Shown here: positions 1 to 13,038 of the stretch, piece by piece
Position numbering within the stretch: the first letter of the stretch is position 1
Layout: the number at the start of each line of letters is the position of its first letter
NCBI GenBank assembly: GCA_050273025.1
Contig: CP158635.1
Location: 11,842,001-11,906,000 of the forward strand
Source of the DNA: Cenococcum geophilum
Lineage: Eukaryota
Direction of reading: 5' to 3'
Length of the DNA: 64,000 nucleotides
Made by a program: the position numbers and the translations under genes
Notes under the pieces: generated by a model
The model's input: the letters and a program-made list of their open reading frames with translations, nothing else
Told to the model about the DNA's origin: nothing
The model's database searches: none

Positions 1-1199
1 GCCTAGTTAGACTAAGGCTAGAGCAAAGCTTAAGATAGAAGCAAGCTTAGGATTAAGAATCCTATAGGGCTAAGAATTCGGAGTATAAATAAGGACACCT
101 ATAAATAAGAAGTAAGAGGCTTTCTTATAGATTAGAGAATCTATAGCATAAACAGCAATTAGACTAGAAGATAGATATATAAACCTAGAAGATTTACTAG
201 GAGAATATAGTGTTTAGCCTAAAGATTAAAATATTAATACTAAGATTAAGAAGTAGGAAGACTTTAAAGATCTAAGCGCGAGACGCAAACTAAAAGAAAC
301 TATAAAAGAATTTAGACGAAGAATTATCGCATAGTAAGAACAGAAACTAGATAAGAGATCTAGTATATTAGGACGTATAAGGGATAAAGCGCTAGTATAA
401 AGAATTACTAATAGGCCTAGGGCAGGCATATTAAGAGCTAAGTAGCTTACTAAACTGGAAGACGAAGAGGATTTAGGGATCCCTACTAGGTTCGAAGAAC
501 GATATATAAAAGGCTATTATAACGCAGTAATAAGAAGATACTTCCTTACGGATAAGCCGTATATACTCTAATAGCTATACTAAAAGTGGTATAGGCAGCG
601 ACATAACGACGAGTAGGAAGATTTCTATATATAGTTAGATGAACGAGTTATCTAAAACCACCTAATTATAGAGAAGGCCATAACGTATATTAAAGGAGCC
701 TTAATTATAACATTAAAGGATCTAGAGGAATAATTAGAGGACTAGAGAAGCAAGAGACGTATCTTAGTACCTATAAACAAAGTTATAACGTTTAGATTAG
801 TACAATAAAGGTTTAAACTTAAGGATAAAGATAAGTTAAGAGTTAACCTAAAGCACCTAGTATACTATACGCTATTATAGATTGTATACGTGAATAATAT
901 ATATAAAATGCATAAGAATCTAAAGGAAAAGAATCGGAAATACCTTATAAGGATATATTAGATAATAGATAAACAATAATATAGAAATGCTAAGTATATA
1001 TATAGATAGCATCTAGCAGAAGTTTAAGAGGAAGGAAATTTAATACTTTAACTAGAAAGATTTCTTATAGAAAAATGCTTAGACGGATAATAGTAGTAGG
1101 AATGCCTAAAGAATATATGTCTATAGTATATTAAAGATAAAAAGCGAACTAGGTATTAGCTAAAGAGTAAGCTAAGTATAATAGGATTAAGCAGCTAAT

Positions 1200-4100
1200 A
1201 GTTAGGAAAAGTAGAGGCCTATAGGACTAAAGGGAGCTAGTAGTAGAGCCTTAAACCCTTAAAGGAATTTAAGGATAACACCTAAATTTAAGAGTTAATT
1301 AGTAAGATTAGTAGTTTAAAGCGCTAATAGATAGTAGAGTAACGCGGAACTATATCTTACTAGCAGTAGTTAAGAGAATGGGATTACCTTATAGATAGAA
1401 GGAATAACCTTACCTATTAGTTATAATTTTAGAAGATCTAATAGCCTATAGAGAAGGGATTATTAATATTAAAACAGGACCTATTTAAATAATTATTAAA
1501 GAAAAACGAATTAAGACGTCTTTTAATATCCTACTATTAGAACGGGATAAGGCAGTATTAGGTATGCCTTAGTTATAGAAATACAATCTAAGGATTAATT
1601 AAATTATAGGTTAAGTTAATATTAGAAATACTTAACGCTATAAGATGCAATAGTAAACTAAGTTAGTATAGTACTAAGTTAAAGTAATATATAAAGAGAT
1701 TAAGCGAGGCTTAAGTTATATACTAAAGAGATACTATAAGTATAGCAAGAAACTATAGAGCCTAAAAAGTAAAAAGCTGGTAGATTATATAGTATAGGAC
1801 TATAAGATAGAGTTAGAACTAGGAATAAGTCTAAGGTTCTTCCTAACCTATAAGCTTACTTAAGAGAAGGCGAGCGTACTTAAAGAGTTTGTCTAGGAGA
1901 ACTTATGAAAGAGATACATTAGACTATTATAGTTATTAATAGGTTATCTAGTACTATTTATACTAAAAAAGAATGGAAAGCTTAGGTTATATATTAACTA
2001 TAAATAATTAAATAGCATCACTTAAAAGGATAGGTATCCTTTACCCTTAATTAGCGAAATTTAGGATTGGATAGGTAATGCGTAAATCTTTATAAAGATA
2101 GATCTAAGATAGGCGTACTATTAAATTAGAATTAAGGAAGGTAATAAATAGAAGGCAGCCTTTAGGTTAAGAGAAGGACTATATAAACCATTAGTTATAC
2201 AATTTAGATTAATAAATGCACTAGTAATATTTTAGAAATAAATTAATAGTATATTAGAAGAACACCTTAATAAGTTTATTATAGTATACCTTAATAATAT
2301 TATTATCTATTTAATAACTAAGGAAGAATATAGGGAATACGTTAAATAGGTTTTAAGGAGACTATAGGAAAAACAGATACTAGTAGTAATTAAGAAATGC
2401 AAGTTCTTTACTAGGAAGACCAATTTCGTTAGATTTATTATTAAACTAGGTTATATTAGTATGGACCTAAAGAAGATTAAAGCTATAGTAAGTTGGCAAG
2501 AACTAGAGAATGTGACGCAGTTAAGGTTATTTTTAGGGTTTTGCAATTACTATAGAAGGTTTATAGTATAATAGTTAAAGAATATTAAACTATTTACTAG
2601 GCTTATAAAGAAAGAGGAACTATAGGCATAGGGAGATAAGTAAAAGAAGTTGTTTAAAGAACTTAAGGAGTTATTTACCTAGGAGCTAATCCTTAAGATC
2701 TATTAACTAGGACTAGACACAGTTATAGAAACGGATGTATTAGACTACGTACTAGGAGTATATTTACTATAGAAGCATAAGGACGCATAGCATCTAGTAG
2801 CATACTATAGTAGGAAGATAATACTACTAGAGTTAAACTATAACGTCTATAACAAGGAGTTATTAGGAATAGTTATAGTATTTAAGAAATAAAGAGCATT
2901 CTTATAAGGCGTAGAGAAACTATTTATAGTTAAGATGGATTATAAAAACCTAACAGGGTTCCTAACGATAAAAGAACTTAATTAGAGATAGGTTAGATAG
3001 GCAAAGATGCTTATAGAATACTATTTTAAGATTTAGTATACTAAAGGAACTAAGAATATAAGAGTAAATACACTTAATAGAAAGGCTAAACTATAAAATA
3101 ATAAGAAACTATTAGGAGTAATACTATACAGAGACAAGGATAGATTAATTAGATATAATTACCCTAAACTAATAGTAACTTAAGAAGATAATAAACTAAG
3201 AAGAGTCTATAAGACACTAGAAAGCTTTTAAATATAAAGAATTCTAGAAGTATAGCTAGAAGATCTATAAGTAAATATATATAAGAATTAAGAAGTAAAG
3301 TATATCCTAAGAAATATAGTAGAGCATTTTATAGAAGATTTTTATAGGGGAATAACTTAAGGACACAATAAAGCAATAGGCTTAGTGTTAAGACTTTAGG
3401 AAGAATACATTATTAACGGGATCTAGAATATTATAAGAAAAGTAATAAAAGAGTATCTAAATTACTAGAGGAATAAACTAATAAGGCATAAGCTATATAG
3501 AGGGCTATAACCTATTAAAATACTAGAGAGACTATAGAAGGTTATATTATAGGACTTTATTATTAAGTTACTAAAGTTAAGAGATCCTATTACTGGATAA
3601 GATTATAAGGTAATCTTAGTAATAATAGATAAGTTAACTAAATAGGGCTACTTTATAGCATATATAGAAGAAATCTTAGCGGAAGATATTGCTAGAATCT
3701 ATATTAAAGAAGTATTTGTAAGATATAGAGCATTAAGTAAGATTATATTGGACAGAGATCTAAGATTTATAGTAGTATTTTAGGAGGTATTCTTAGTGGA
3801 GTAAGGAGTTTAAGCAGTAACTTCTACCGCATATTATTTATAGACAGACGGTTAAACAGAAAGATTAAATTAGACGCTAGAGCAGTATTTAAGATATTAT
3901 ATTAATTATATATAGAATAATTAGGTATTGCTATTACCAGTTATATAGTTTATATACAATATAATACTATAGGAAGGAATAGGCACATTACTATTTAAGG
4001 CAAATTATAAATATAAGCTAAGGAAATTATTATTACTATAATAAGCTAAGGACATTATTATTACTATAATAAGTAAAGAAGACAAGTAGCATAGCTAAAG

Positions 4101-4647
4101 AAAGAATAAAGATATTAATAAATCTTTATATAGACCTTATAGAATTAGTAAAGAAAGTATAAAAAAAAATAAAAAAGTACTATAATGCTAAGAGATTTAA
4201 GGGACTAGATCTTAAGGAGGGAAATAAAGTATGGCTACTATATAAAAATTTTAAGAGTAGATAACTAAGTAAGAAGTTGGACTATATTAGACTAGGACCT
4301 TTTAAAATTATATAAAGGATTTTACTAGTTATATTTAAGTTAAACTTACTAGCTAAAATAAAGATCTACCTTATATAGTATATTATAATGCTAGAGCTAG
4401 TATATAGGAATATTAAGCTACTAGTTTACGAAGTAGATATATATAGAGGATAAGAAGAAAACAAATAGTAAGTTTTAAAGATTATTAGTTATAAGGATAT
4501 TAATAATAAAATATAGTATAAGATTAAGTAGATAGGCTATAATAAGACTACCTAGAAACTATTAAAAAATTTAAAAAACGCTATAGGAAAAGTATAGGAA
4601 TATCGGAAAAGATTAGGTTAGGTAGTATTAATAAAGAAGAATTACTA
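1200..4647 (+). pseudogene. pol: pol polyprotein (PR-RT-RH-IN-chromo) of A1, many RIP stops; ends approximate
   Basis: Domain order PR-RT-RH-IN; stops are TAA/TAG at positions expected for CAA/CAG/TGG. Confidence 0.9.
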
Positions 4648-4656
4648 AAAAATAAA

Positions 4657-5271
4657 TTACTTAAGGGGGACCTAAGAAGAGCAGTTGCCAAACTACTTAG
4701 ATTTATTTCCTTTTCGGTTAAAAAAGAATCTATTCTTTTACTGCTAAGTTCCTATAAATCTTATTTTATAAGTTTCTACTTCTTAAAATAAACCTTCTTA
4801 TAAACCTTTTTAAGACGGAGTAACTAAGTAGACGCCGTAATACGGGCCTTAAAAGCCTTCTACTCTACATTATAAGAACGTTTTAGTTTAGTAAGGGCTT
4901 AAGATAGTTTACTATCTAGCCGCGTAGTAGTAGATTAAATATAAGACCCTAAGATAAATTAGTTAAGGAACTAGACAATTATTAAGAGTAATAAGTTATA
5001 TATATTTAGTATTAGAGATAGAGTAAACATTATAGAATAAATAAATATTCGCTTTAGTATACTCTAAGTAAGAGGACGGTTATCGCGAAGATGGACTTGC
5101 TAATATAATATAAACTAACCCCTCTTTTAAATAATAAGAATATGGAGACGGTATAATCTTACTAAAAGATAATATCGCAGTAATAGTATAAGTACGACGT
5201 TACGCCTATAAAGAGGAAGGAGCCTTAGGTATAATAAGTAATAATATTAACTAAATTAATTAAACGGACAT
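4657..5271 (-). pseudogene. Antisense accessory ORF of family A: Zn2Cys6-like cluster plus coiled coil; 3' end approximate
   Basis: ATG at 5271 (minus). Raw PYSYYLKEGLVY-x13-YLEYTKANIYLFY gives C-x2-C-x6-C-x13-C-x2-C-x8-C after TAY->TGY. Copy A2 retains TCT TGT TGT (S-C-C) here. Confidence 0.65.
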
Positions 5272-5340
5272 TATACCTTTAGTAAATAACTTAAAGATAT
5301 TTTAAATCTTTAAGAATAAAAATAAAGAGGAGGGAGATAG

Positions 5341-5760
5341 TGTTACGGACGCTTTAAGTATAATATTATAACTACTTAGAGAAAAGTTAGAAGAAGCTAG
5401 TTAGTTAATTTAGGCACGGCCTAGAATAAAGCCAATAGAGCTATATAATGAGGAATAGTAACTAAGATTATATAACGTTGTATATAATATATGTAATATA
5501 TAAAGGGAATGTATATATAATATATATAACACGTACCTTACGTATAAAGAGGATTTCTTAGGAGTATAGTTGTGTATTTAAAGGACCACAGTCCCTACCT
5601 AGATAGTTCTCTCCTTTATAGTAAATCTTAGAATATAATTGGAGCTAATCTATTAGGCAACCACTCCACTAGTTATTATTATATTATTAACTTCTTATTT
5701 ACCTATATACCCAGCCCATTAATAAGTCTACCGTAGTTCCTGCTATAAGGCTTTGTTATA
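5341..5760 (+). repeat. 3' LTR of A1 (420 bp)
   Basis: tgttacggac...gttata; matches LTRs at 45591-45993 and 59109-59324. Confidence 0.95.
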
Positions 5761-8700
5761 ACTATTACCTAACTAAAGCTAACTAACTCTATTATACCCT
5801 AAGTTAACTAGGAGGAGAGGTAGCTAACCTTATTAAACCTCTTTAGCTAACCTTAGTATAAAGCCTTATATAGTAACCTAAACCGCTAAACTACTACCTA
5901 AAGAAAGATAAACTATATAGCTTAAGGAACGAAAAGTTTCCTAGTATACTTCTCTAAATTTAACCGTTACGTAAGGGAAATAGGCTAGAACGACTCCGCA
6001 CTAATTAACAGCCTTATTAAATCTTTAAGCCCTAAACTAAAAACCTCCCTAATAGGCGTAGACCTACCGGGAGCCCTTAATGCCTACGTAAACGTTATTA
6101 ATAAACGGTATAATAATATACTACGCCTAATACCGAAGTCCGCCCCCTAGTATAATATAGTAACCCTATAAACGTTTACTAAGTTATTATCTTAGCCTAA
6201 GCACCCTAACGCTATAGATATTAACCCTAGAACCCTAGAGTACGCCCTACTAGGGTCCCCTAAATAAGAAAGACGTATTAAGCTAGGCCTCTACTTTAAG
6301 TACGGAAGTAAGGACTATATCTTAAAATACTATTTCGTCCCCTTACCTACGCCCTAAAACGATTTATAAACGGCTAATACTAGTAACTATTTACCGCATT
6401 AATCTTCCGGTTACCGCCCCTAGTTTTTACCTAGTTTTAGCCCTATATCTAATAAGCACCACTTATAAGGGCGAAGCTATAACTAATGTTTTATAGGAAC
6501 CCCTTCCCGCTTACCACTAAAAGGCATATTTTAAAGTTAAGTCACTCTCCGGAACAGCTCTGCCTTAGGATCTCGTTAAATGCTTTAGATATTATAAACT
6601 TTAACTCTTAGGATTATAGCATAACCGTTAACTGTTATCTTTAGCAGAATAGTTAATAGGCTAATACTTAAATTCTAATTAATACAGGAGCTAGCGGCAT
6701 AGGATTTATTAATAAGATCTTTATATAAGATAATAGTTTTACCCTAACCCCCTTTAACCGGCATATTAATATATTTAGATTTAATAGTAAACGTACTGTC
6801 TTAGGCCGTATTACCTATATAGTAGCCCTAAGACTCTAATGCCTAAACCACGAAGAACTAATTAAGCTTTTTATTACTACCTTAGGTCACCTAGTAATCC
6901 TTAGATAGCCCTAGATAAAGCTATATAAGGTAACTATTAATTAGGACAACCTTAAGCTTCTATTTACCGCCTTCTGTTACAAGTAGAAGTGCCTTATTAC
7001 TTGCTGCTTAGATCTAGAACTAAAATCTAAAAAATCTACCAGGATCTACTAGTCTAAAATTTCTATAACTGTCCACCCTATACCTAAGGAATCTACTAGA
7101 TTCTACTAACCTAGGAATTCTATTAAATTCTACTAATATAAAAATTCCACCAATATCCACCAAGGATCCGAAAACTCTACTAAATTCCATAAGCTATTAC
7201 TAAGCACTATACCGCCCCGAACTAAGTAGAAGCTTAAGCTTAATACGCGAAAATACTAGAAGGACTGGTATTCTACTATAAAAAGGATTCTTAAAGAACC
7301 CGAACCTAAATCTAACACTAACTCTATACCTAATACTAAACTTAAACCTAAATAAGAAACTATGGACAATCTAAGCAAGCTCGGCACCTTAGATATCCGC
7401 ATAATTAGAGCTACTCCGTTAGTATAACTTGCTAAGAAACCTAAACATACGATCTTTACTATCACTATGGCTAATATTAAGAAGGCCTTAGCACTAAAAA
7501 AGCACACCAACCCTACTACAAAGGTACTAGTAGAGTACTATAACCGCCTAAAGGTATTCTTATAAAAGGAAGCTAATAAGCTACCGGAATACTAATTATA
7601 CAACTATAAGATTGTACTTAAAGACGGAAAGCAGCCTAGATTTAGACCCCTATACGGGATGTCTTAAAATAAACTCTAAGTGCTATGGAAGTATCTAGAT
7701 AAGAACCTAAGTAAAGGATTTATTAGAGCGAGCTTATCGCCTATAGCCGTACTAGTGATCTTTGTTAAGAAACCTGGCGGCAGTCTGCACTTCTATATAG
7801 ACTACTAAGCTCTTAACGCCGTTACTATTAAGAACTAATATCCGATCCCATTAATATAGGAAATACTAAACTAACTAAGTAAGGCTCGCTACTATACAAA
7901 GCTTAATATTATCTCTGCATTTAACCGCCTCTATATAGCAAAAGGAGATAAATGGCTTACTGCATTCCGTACTTAGTATAGATTATTTAAATATTTAGTA
8001 ACGCCATTCGGCCTCGTAAATGCCTTAAGCTCGTTTTAATATTATATAAATAATACCCTACGTCCCTACCTAGACATCTTCTATACTGCTTATATTAACG
8101 ACATCCTAATATATAGTAATAACCTAACCGAATATCGGAAACACGTTAATCTTGTCCTATAAGCCCTATATAGAGCTAGTCTATAATTAGATATAGATAA
8201 ATACAAGTTTTATAAAATAGAAGTCCTATACCTTAGACTCCTTATTTCTATAAACGGTATATAAATAGACCTAAAGAAAGTTAAAGTAATTATAAACTAG
8301 TAGGAACCTAAGAATGTTAAGGATATAAAAGCCTTTATAGGATTTACTAATTTCTACTAACGGTTTATTAATAACTTCTTCGCCCTAGTTTTACCCCTTA
8401 TTACTCTAACCTAAAAGGATAAAACCTTTATCTTTAATAAAGAATGTAAGAAGGCCTTTGCTTATCTAAAGGTTATATTTACTACTATACCTATACTTTA
8501 ACACTTCGACCTAAAGCGAATAAGTGTTATAAAAGCCGACTTATCCGATTACGTTACTAGAGGCATTCTATCTTAATATAATAAAGAAGGAGTATTACAC
8601 CCTATAGTATACTTCTTAAAGCGACTAAGCCCTGCTAAATGTAATTACGAGATCTATAATAAAGAATTGCTAGCTATTATTAGATGCTTTAAGCAATGGC

Positions 8701-10749
8701 GACCTAAACTAAAAGGCGCCAAATTTCTAATTAGGGTCCTTAGCGACTATAAGAACCTATAGTACTTTATAACCACAAAATAGTTAAGTTATTATTAGGC
8801 TCGCTAGTTAGAATATCTATTACGCTTCTAATTCTTAATTACGTACCGCCTAGGCGTCTAAGGTTAGAAGCCTAATGCCCTAACCTAATACTTACAAGAC
8901 GTGCCAGCCCTAGAAGAAGCGCGCTCTTACCGAAATTAAACCCTACTTTACCTTAAACTATTTAACCCTTTTACTAAAGATCTTATAGTATATGTCCTTA
9001 AAATAACTAATTAATTAATTAAATAGATTATAGTTAATAAATACCTAAATAATGAGTTTATTTAAGAGACGCTTGAACTAATACAAAATGGCATTAAACG
9101 CTCTAGAAAGATTTCTCTAAGTAAATATAAAGCCTATAGAAACCGCCTGTATTACTAAAACCGTCTAATTATTCCTAATTACGATAAGCTTAAGCTTAAG
9201 CTCCTTAAACATGTATACGATCTACTAGTAGCCGGCTACTTAGGCTAAGGAAAAACCCTAGAACTGCTCTAACGAGAATACTATTAGCCGAATATATATA
9301 ATATAACATAAAGGTACGTCTCTAGCTACTATATCTGCTAACGAGCTAAAGCTTTATATAAGACGTACAACGGCCTTCTAAAGCTACTGCCTACTCTAGA
9401 CTAAAGATAGAAGGATATCTCAATCGACTTCGTTGTTAATCTCCCTATAAGTAAAGGCTGCACGAATATTATAGTAGTTATAAACCAACTGTCCAAAATA
9501 AGACACTTAACAGCCTACCCTAATATATTAACACCTGCTATTGCCTAACTATTCCTAGATTATATATAAAAACTCTATAGACTCCCTAAAACGATTATCT
9601 CTAATAAAAGCAGCTAGTTTATCTCTATATTCTAGGAAAAACTAACTACCTAACTCCACATTAAAGCACTATTATCTATAGCATACTACCTAGAAACGGA
9701 TGGTTAAATAGAACGTATAAATGCTATAATAGAGCAGTATATTTAGATATACACGTCGTACTTATAAAATAACTAGATTAACTAGCTTGCATTTACCGAG
9801 TTTACGGCAAATAATTCCGTTTTAGAAACTATAAAAGTCTCCCCGTTTCTAGCTAACTACGGCTAGTATCCATAAATGGGTTTTAAACCCTTCAGCAACG
9901 TTCCTTGCCCCGCTTATTAAGCCTTATAAGTTATAAAAGCAAACAAATTTATAGAAAAGATGGAAGAACTATAACAGTTCCTTGCTAACGAAATAATATA
10001 GGCCCAATCTATCTATAAAGCCGCAGCGAATAAGAAACGGACCCTAGTACTGGCCTATTAAATTAGTAACTTTATCTAGCTAGATATAAGAAATCTAAAT
10101 ATAAAACAACCTACTAAAAAACTTAATTAAAAGAACGCTGGCCCTTATAAGGTTAAGAAGGTTATCTCCTCTTACTCTTACTAATTAAAGCTCCCTAATA
10201 CGGTTAAAATCCACCCCATACTCTATACGTCAGTCCTCTATCCTACTGCCCCTATATTAGACGCCCTACCTAAACAGATACAGGACCCTCCCCTACTAGT
10301 TAAAGTAGATGGTAAGAACGAGTACTTTATTAAAAGAATTAATAACATTAAGTATAATAAACGAAAACGCTAATATATATATCTTATAAAATGGAAAGGC
10401 TTTACTAAGTCCTTATAGGAACCTATTAACTCTATAGGACTTATATAAGCCGTAAAAGACTTTTACAAACTCTACCCAGAACTACTACAGCCCCATCTTG
10501 CAAAAGCTTAAGTTTAAAGGGGGGGTACTATTACGGGACACCCTCGTAACACCTTATACACGTCTACCTATTTCTACCGACTTAGTAATTAGAGACTAAC
10601 TACGAAATAGTAATTTAATAGCAATCTAATAGCAATCTAACGGCAATCTACGGCATTCTGCTATATTTTGCCAAGTTCTACTAAATTCTGCTAAGTTTTA
10701 CTAGGACTATAACCTAAACCCTATTCTACCATATATATATATTAACCAA

Positions 10750-12869
10750 CCTTTCACCACACATGCAACCTTACCAAAAGGTAGCGCCGCGCTTCAAAAC
10801 TTACGCATACCCATCTTACCACCAAAAACAATCAATTTTCCAACTTTCAAGACCCAATTCCTACTGCTTAGCGAGCTATAGGCGGATTTAATTGTCGTTT
10901 TACCCCCTTTCCCCCAACAGAAAATTCTTCTTAGGGGTAGTCCTAGCTTGTAAGCGAGGCACGGACAGGAACACTAAAACTACTACTACTACTACTACCA
11001 CCACCAATACTAGGGGTCTAGTATTACTACTACCTTTAAACCTAATCTCCCCAGAAATCCTCTAGTAGGATTAGTAAGGAAAAAGGGTATAAGGATAGTA
11101 AAAACTAGAAAACTCCCCCTATAAGATGCCAAGGCCTACTAGGCCTAAAAAGAAACCTCCTATAGAGACAAGTGACGACAACGAGTCTATAGGCGAAACC
11201 CCTATAGAAAGAAATGATAATAGGTTTCTATTTTTATCTTCTTTTCTTTCTCCTCCTAGCTTGTCTAAGAAGGGAGAGAAAAGAGAACATCCTTAAACTT
11301 CTCCTAAAAAAGAAAACTAAAAACCTGTAAAAAAGAAACCAATAACTACTACGGATGGCACACCTAGTACACCTATACCTTTTCCTCCCTTTTCTCCAGA
11401 ACAACACCTATAAAAAGCTCTAGAAAGCCTAACCTAGGCATATAAAGGGCTAGAAAAAGAAGAAGAAAAAGAATAAGTTAAATAGCTAGAGGACTATACA
11501 AGGAGTATCCTAGTAGGAGAAAACCCCTTTATAAAAGAAAAAGAAAAAGAAAAGATAAAAGATGTCCTAAAAGGACTAGTTAAAGAAGTAAGAGCTCTCT
11601 ATAAGGAGGTAGCCCCTACTAAAGAAACCTACGCAGAGAGGCTAAAGAAGGACCTCCCTACTTCGTCCTCTCTACCCTCCTTATTACTACCATTTCCTAC
11701 TTCTTCTACTTCTACTAGAAGTAAGAAAAAGCAGCTATAAGAAAGAAAGCTAGTCCTAATTATAGACCAAAAGGACCAACCTCTAGATACCTTCTCTATA
11801 CGAAATAAAGTTAATTAACTATTTGCATTAAAACTGCAAGTAGAAAAACCTGTTTTAGCATCTATAGCTAGAACTAAGGGAAAACAAAATATCCTCCTTA
11901 CGACTACGGAAGAGTATAATGCGGATTTTCTAGTTAAATATAAGGAAATCTGGCATAACTGCTTTACCTTTTAAAGAGAACAAAAACTAGAACTATGGGT
12001 TTAAATTATAGCCCATGGGGTTCCTACCCTACCTTTCCTAGGAGAAGGAGGCTCTAAGCTTCTAAAAGAAGAAATTAAGACCTTTAATCCTATAAGGTTA
12101 CAAGGATTACCTAGATGGATCTCATCTAGTGTAAAAAGACACGATCTATAGACCAGATTTGGCTCTATAGTTTTTACTATAGAGAACAAAGAAAAAAGAC
12201 AAGAAATCCTTAAGCAAAAAGAGATATCAATTGCAGGTACAGCTACTAAGGTAGTAAAATACCTCGAAGTCTCTCCTACTACGCAGTATACAAGCTGCCA
12301 AAAATTTGGCCATATAGGAGATAGGTGCTCTACTAGGGCCTACAGATACTATGCAGCTGCACATTTATCTAAAGACCATTCCTGTTCTACCTGTATAATA
12401 ACAGGCAGGCCTTGCTAGCATACCACCCCTCTTTGCATTAATTGTAAAGAAAAACACTTTGCTAATAGTAAAGACTGCAAGACTCTTAAAGCTGCTAAAC
12501 TAGTACGCGAAGAAGGTTCTATGGAAGAATAAATTAGATAGGATTCTAGAAGGGGGTAACTCCTACTAGGCTCTTAAAATGATATTAGAGAGCAAAAGGA
12601 CAGAAATAAATTGCAAAAGGACAGGGACAGGGGTTAGGATTTCTTATAGTTTTTTTTACCATTTTCTCATTCCCTAGTAGTTGTAGTATCTTAGTATTTT
12701 ACTAGGAAACTATAAACTCCTAATTTAGGAGTTTATAAACTACTAGGACATAGCTACTAGTATATATTAAGCTGCCTAGAAAGGATTTATGTATATAGAA
12801 CTATAGCGCCATAGCCCAAGGCTGCATGCGCAGTATTGTACGTAGTATAATACAATGGATAAAATATAT
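10750..12869 (+). mobile_element. ORF1-only non-LTR retroposon ('half-LINE') inserted in the LTR of B
   Basis: Flanked by the duplication atatatatatattaaccaa (10731-10749 and 12870-12888). Single gag-like ORF, no endonuclease/RT, ends in a (TA)n tail. Confidence 0.85.
11126..12532 (+). pseudogene. LINE ORF1/gag-like protein (468 codons) with three Cys/His knuckles
   Basis: One frame from ATG 11126 to TAA 12532; internal stops are TAA/TAG, consistent with RIPed Gln codons. Motifs WV(Q)IIAHGVP, EEIKTFNP, PRW, GSIVF and (C)TSCQKFGHIGDRC...CINCKEKHFANSKDC. Confidence 0.85.
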
Positions 12870-13038
12870 ATATATATATATTAACCAAGCAACCAAGTCA
12901 ACGATATATACCCTTTCTTCCCGTTTTCCTACCTTCTTTCTTTACGTAACGTCTTAACCTCCTTACACAGTTTATATATATAGCTTAATAATATCTACCT
13001 TGCTATATATTATCGCCGCTTATACTTACTCCGTGACA

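Larger units (their letters stand above)
1..5760 (+). mobile_element. Ty3/Gypsy chromovirus-type LTR retrotransposon, family A copy 1 (5' part outside window), RIP-inactivated
   Basis: Protease ALIDS(G)xTRN ~1320, RT (A)YL(DD)II ~2285, RNase H, integrase and chromodomain ~4460-4620. PPT aaagaggagggagatag is followed by a 3' LTR at 5341-5760. Colinear with copy A2. Confidence 0.95.
5761..13038 (+). mobile_element. Ty3/Gypsy chromovirus family B; gag interrupted by A1, 3' LTR split by a non-LTR insertion
   Basis: Gag CCHC knuckle ~6290-6332, protease FLI(D)TGASG ~6675, RT AYI(D)DILIY ~8090, RNase H, integrase, chromodomain ~10320-10490. PPT aaagggggggggtac; LTR 10529-10749 plus 12889-13038 ending ccgtgaca. 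Confidence 0.93.

Noticed and set aside
7256..7510. Short track ORFs (also 226-429, 12001-12189, 47655-48086, 53716-57647, 62764-62997)
   Set aside because: They are antisense shadows of RIPed gag/pol/ORF1/ORF2 frames.
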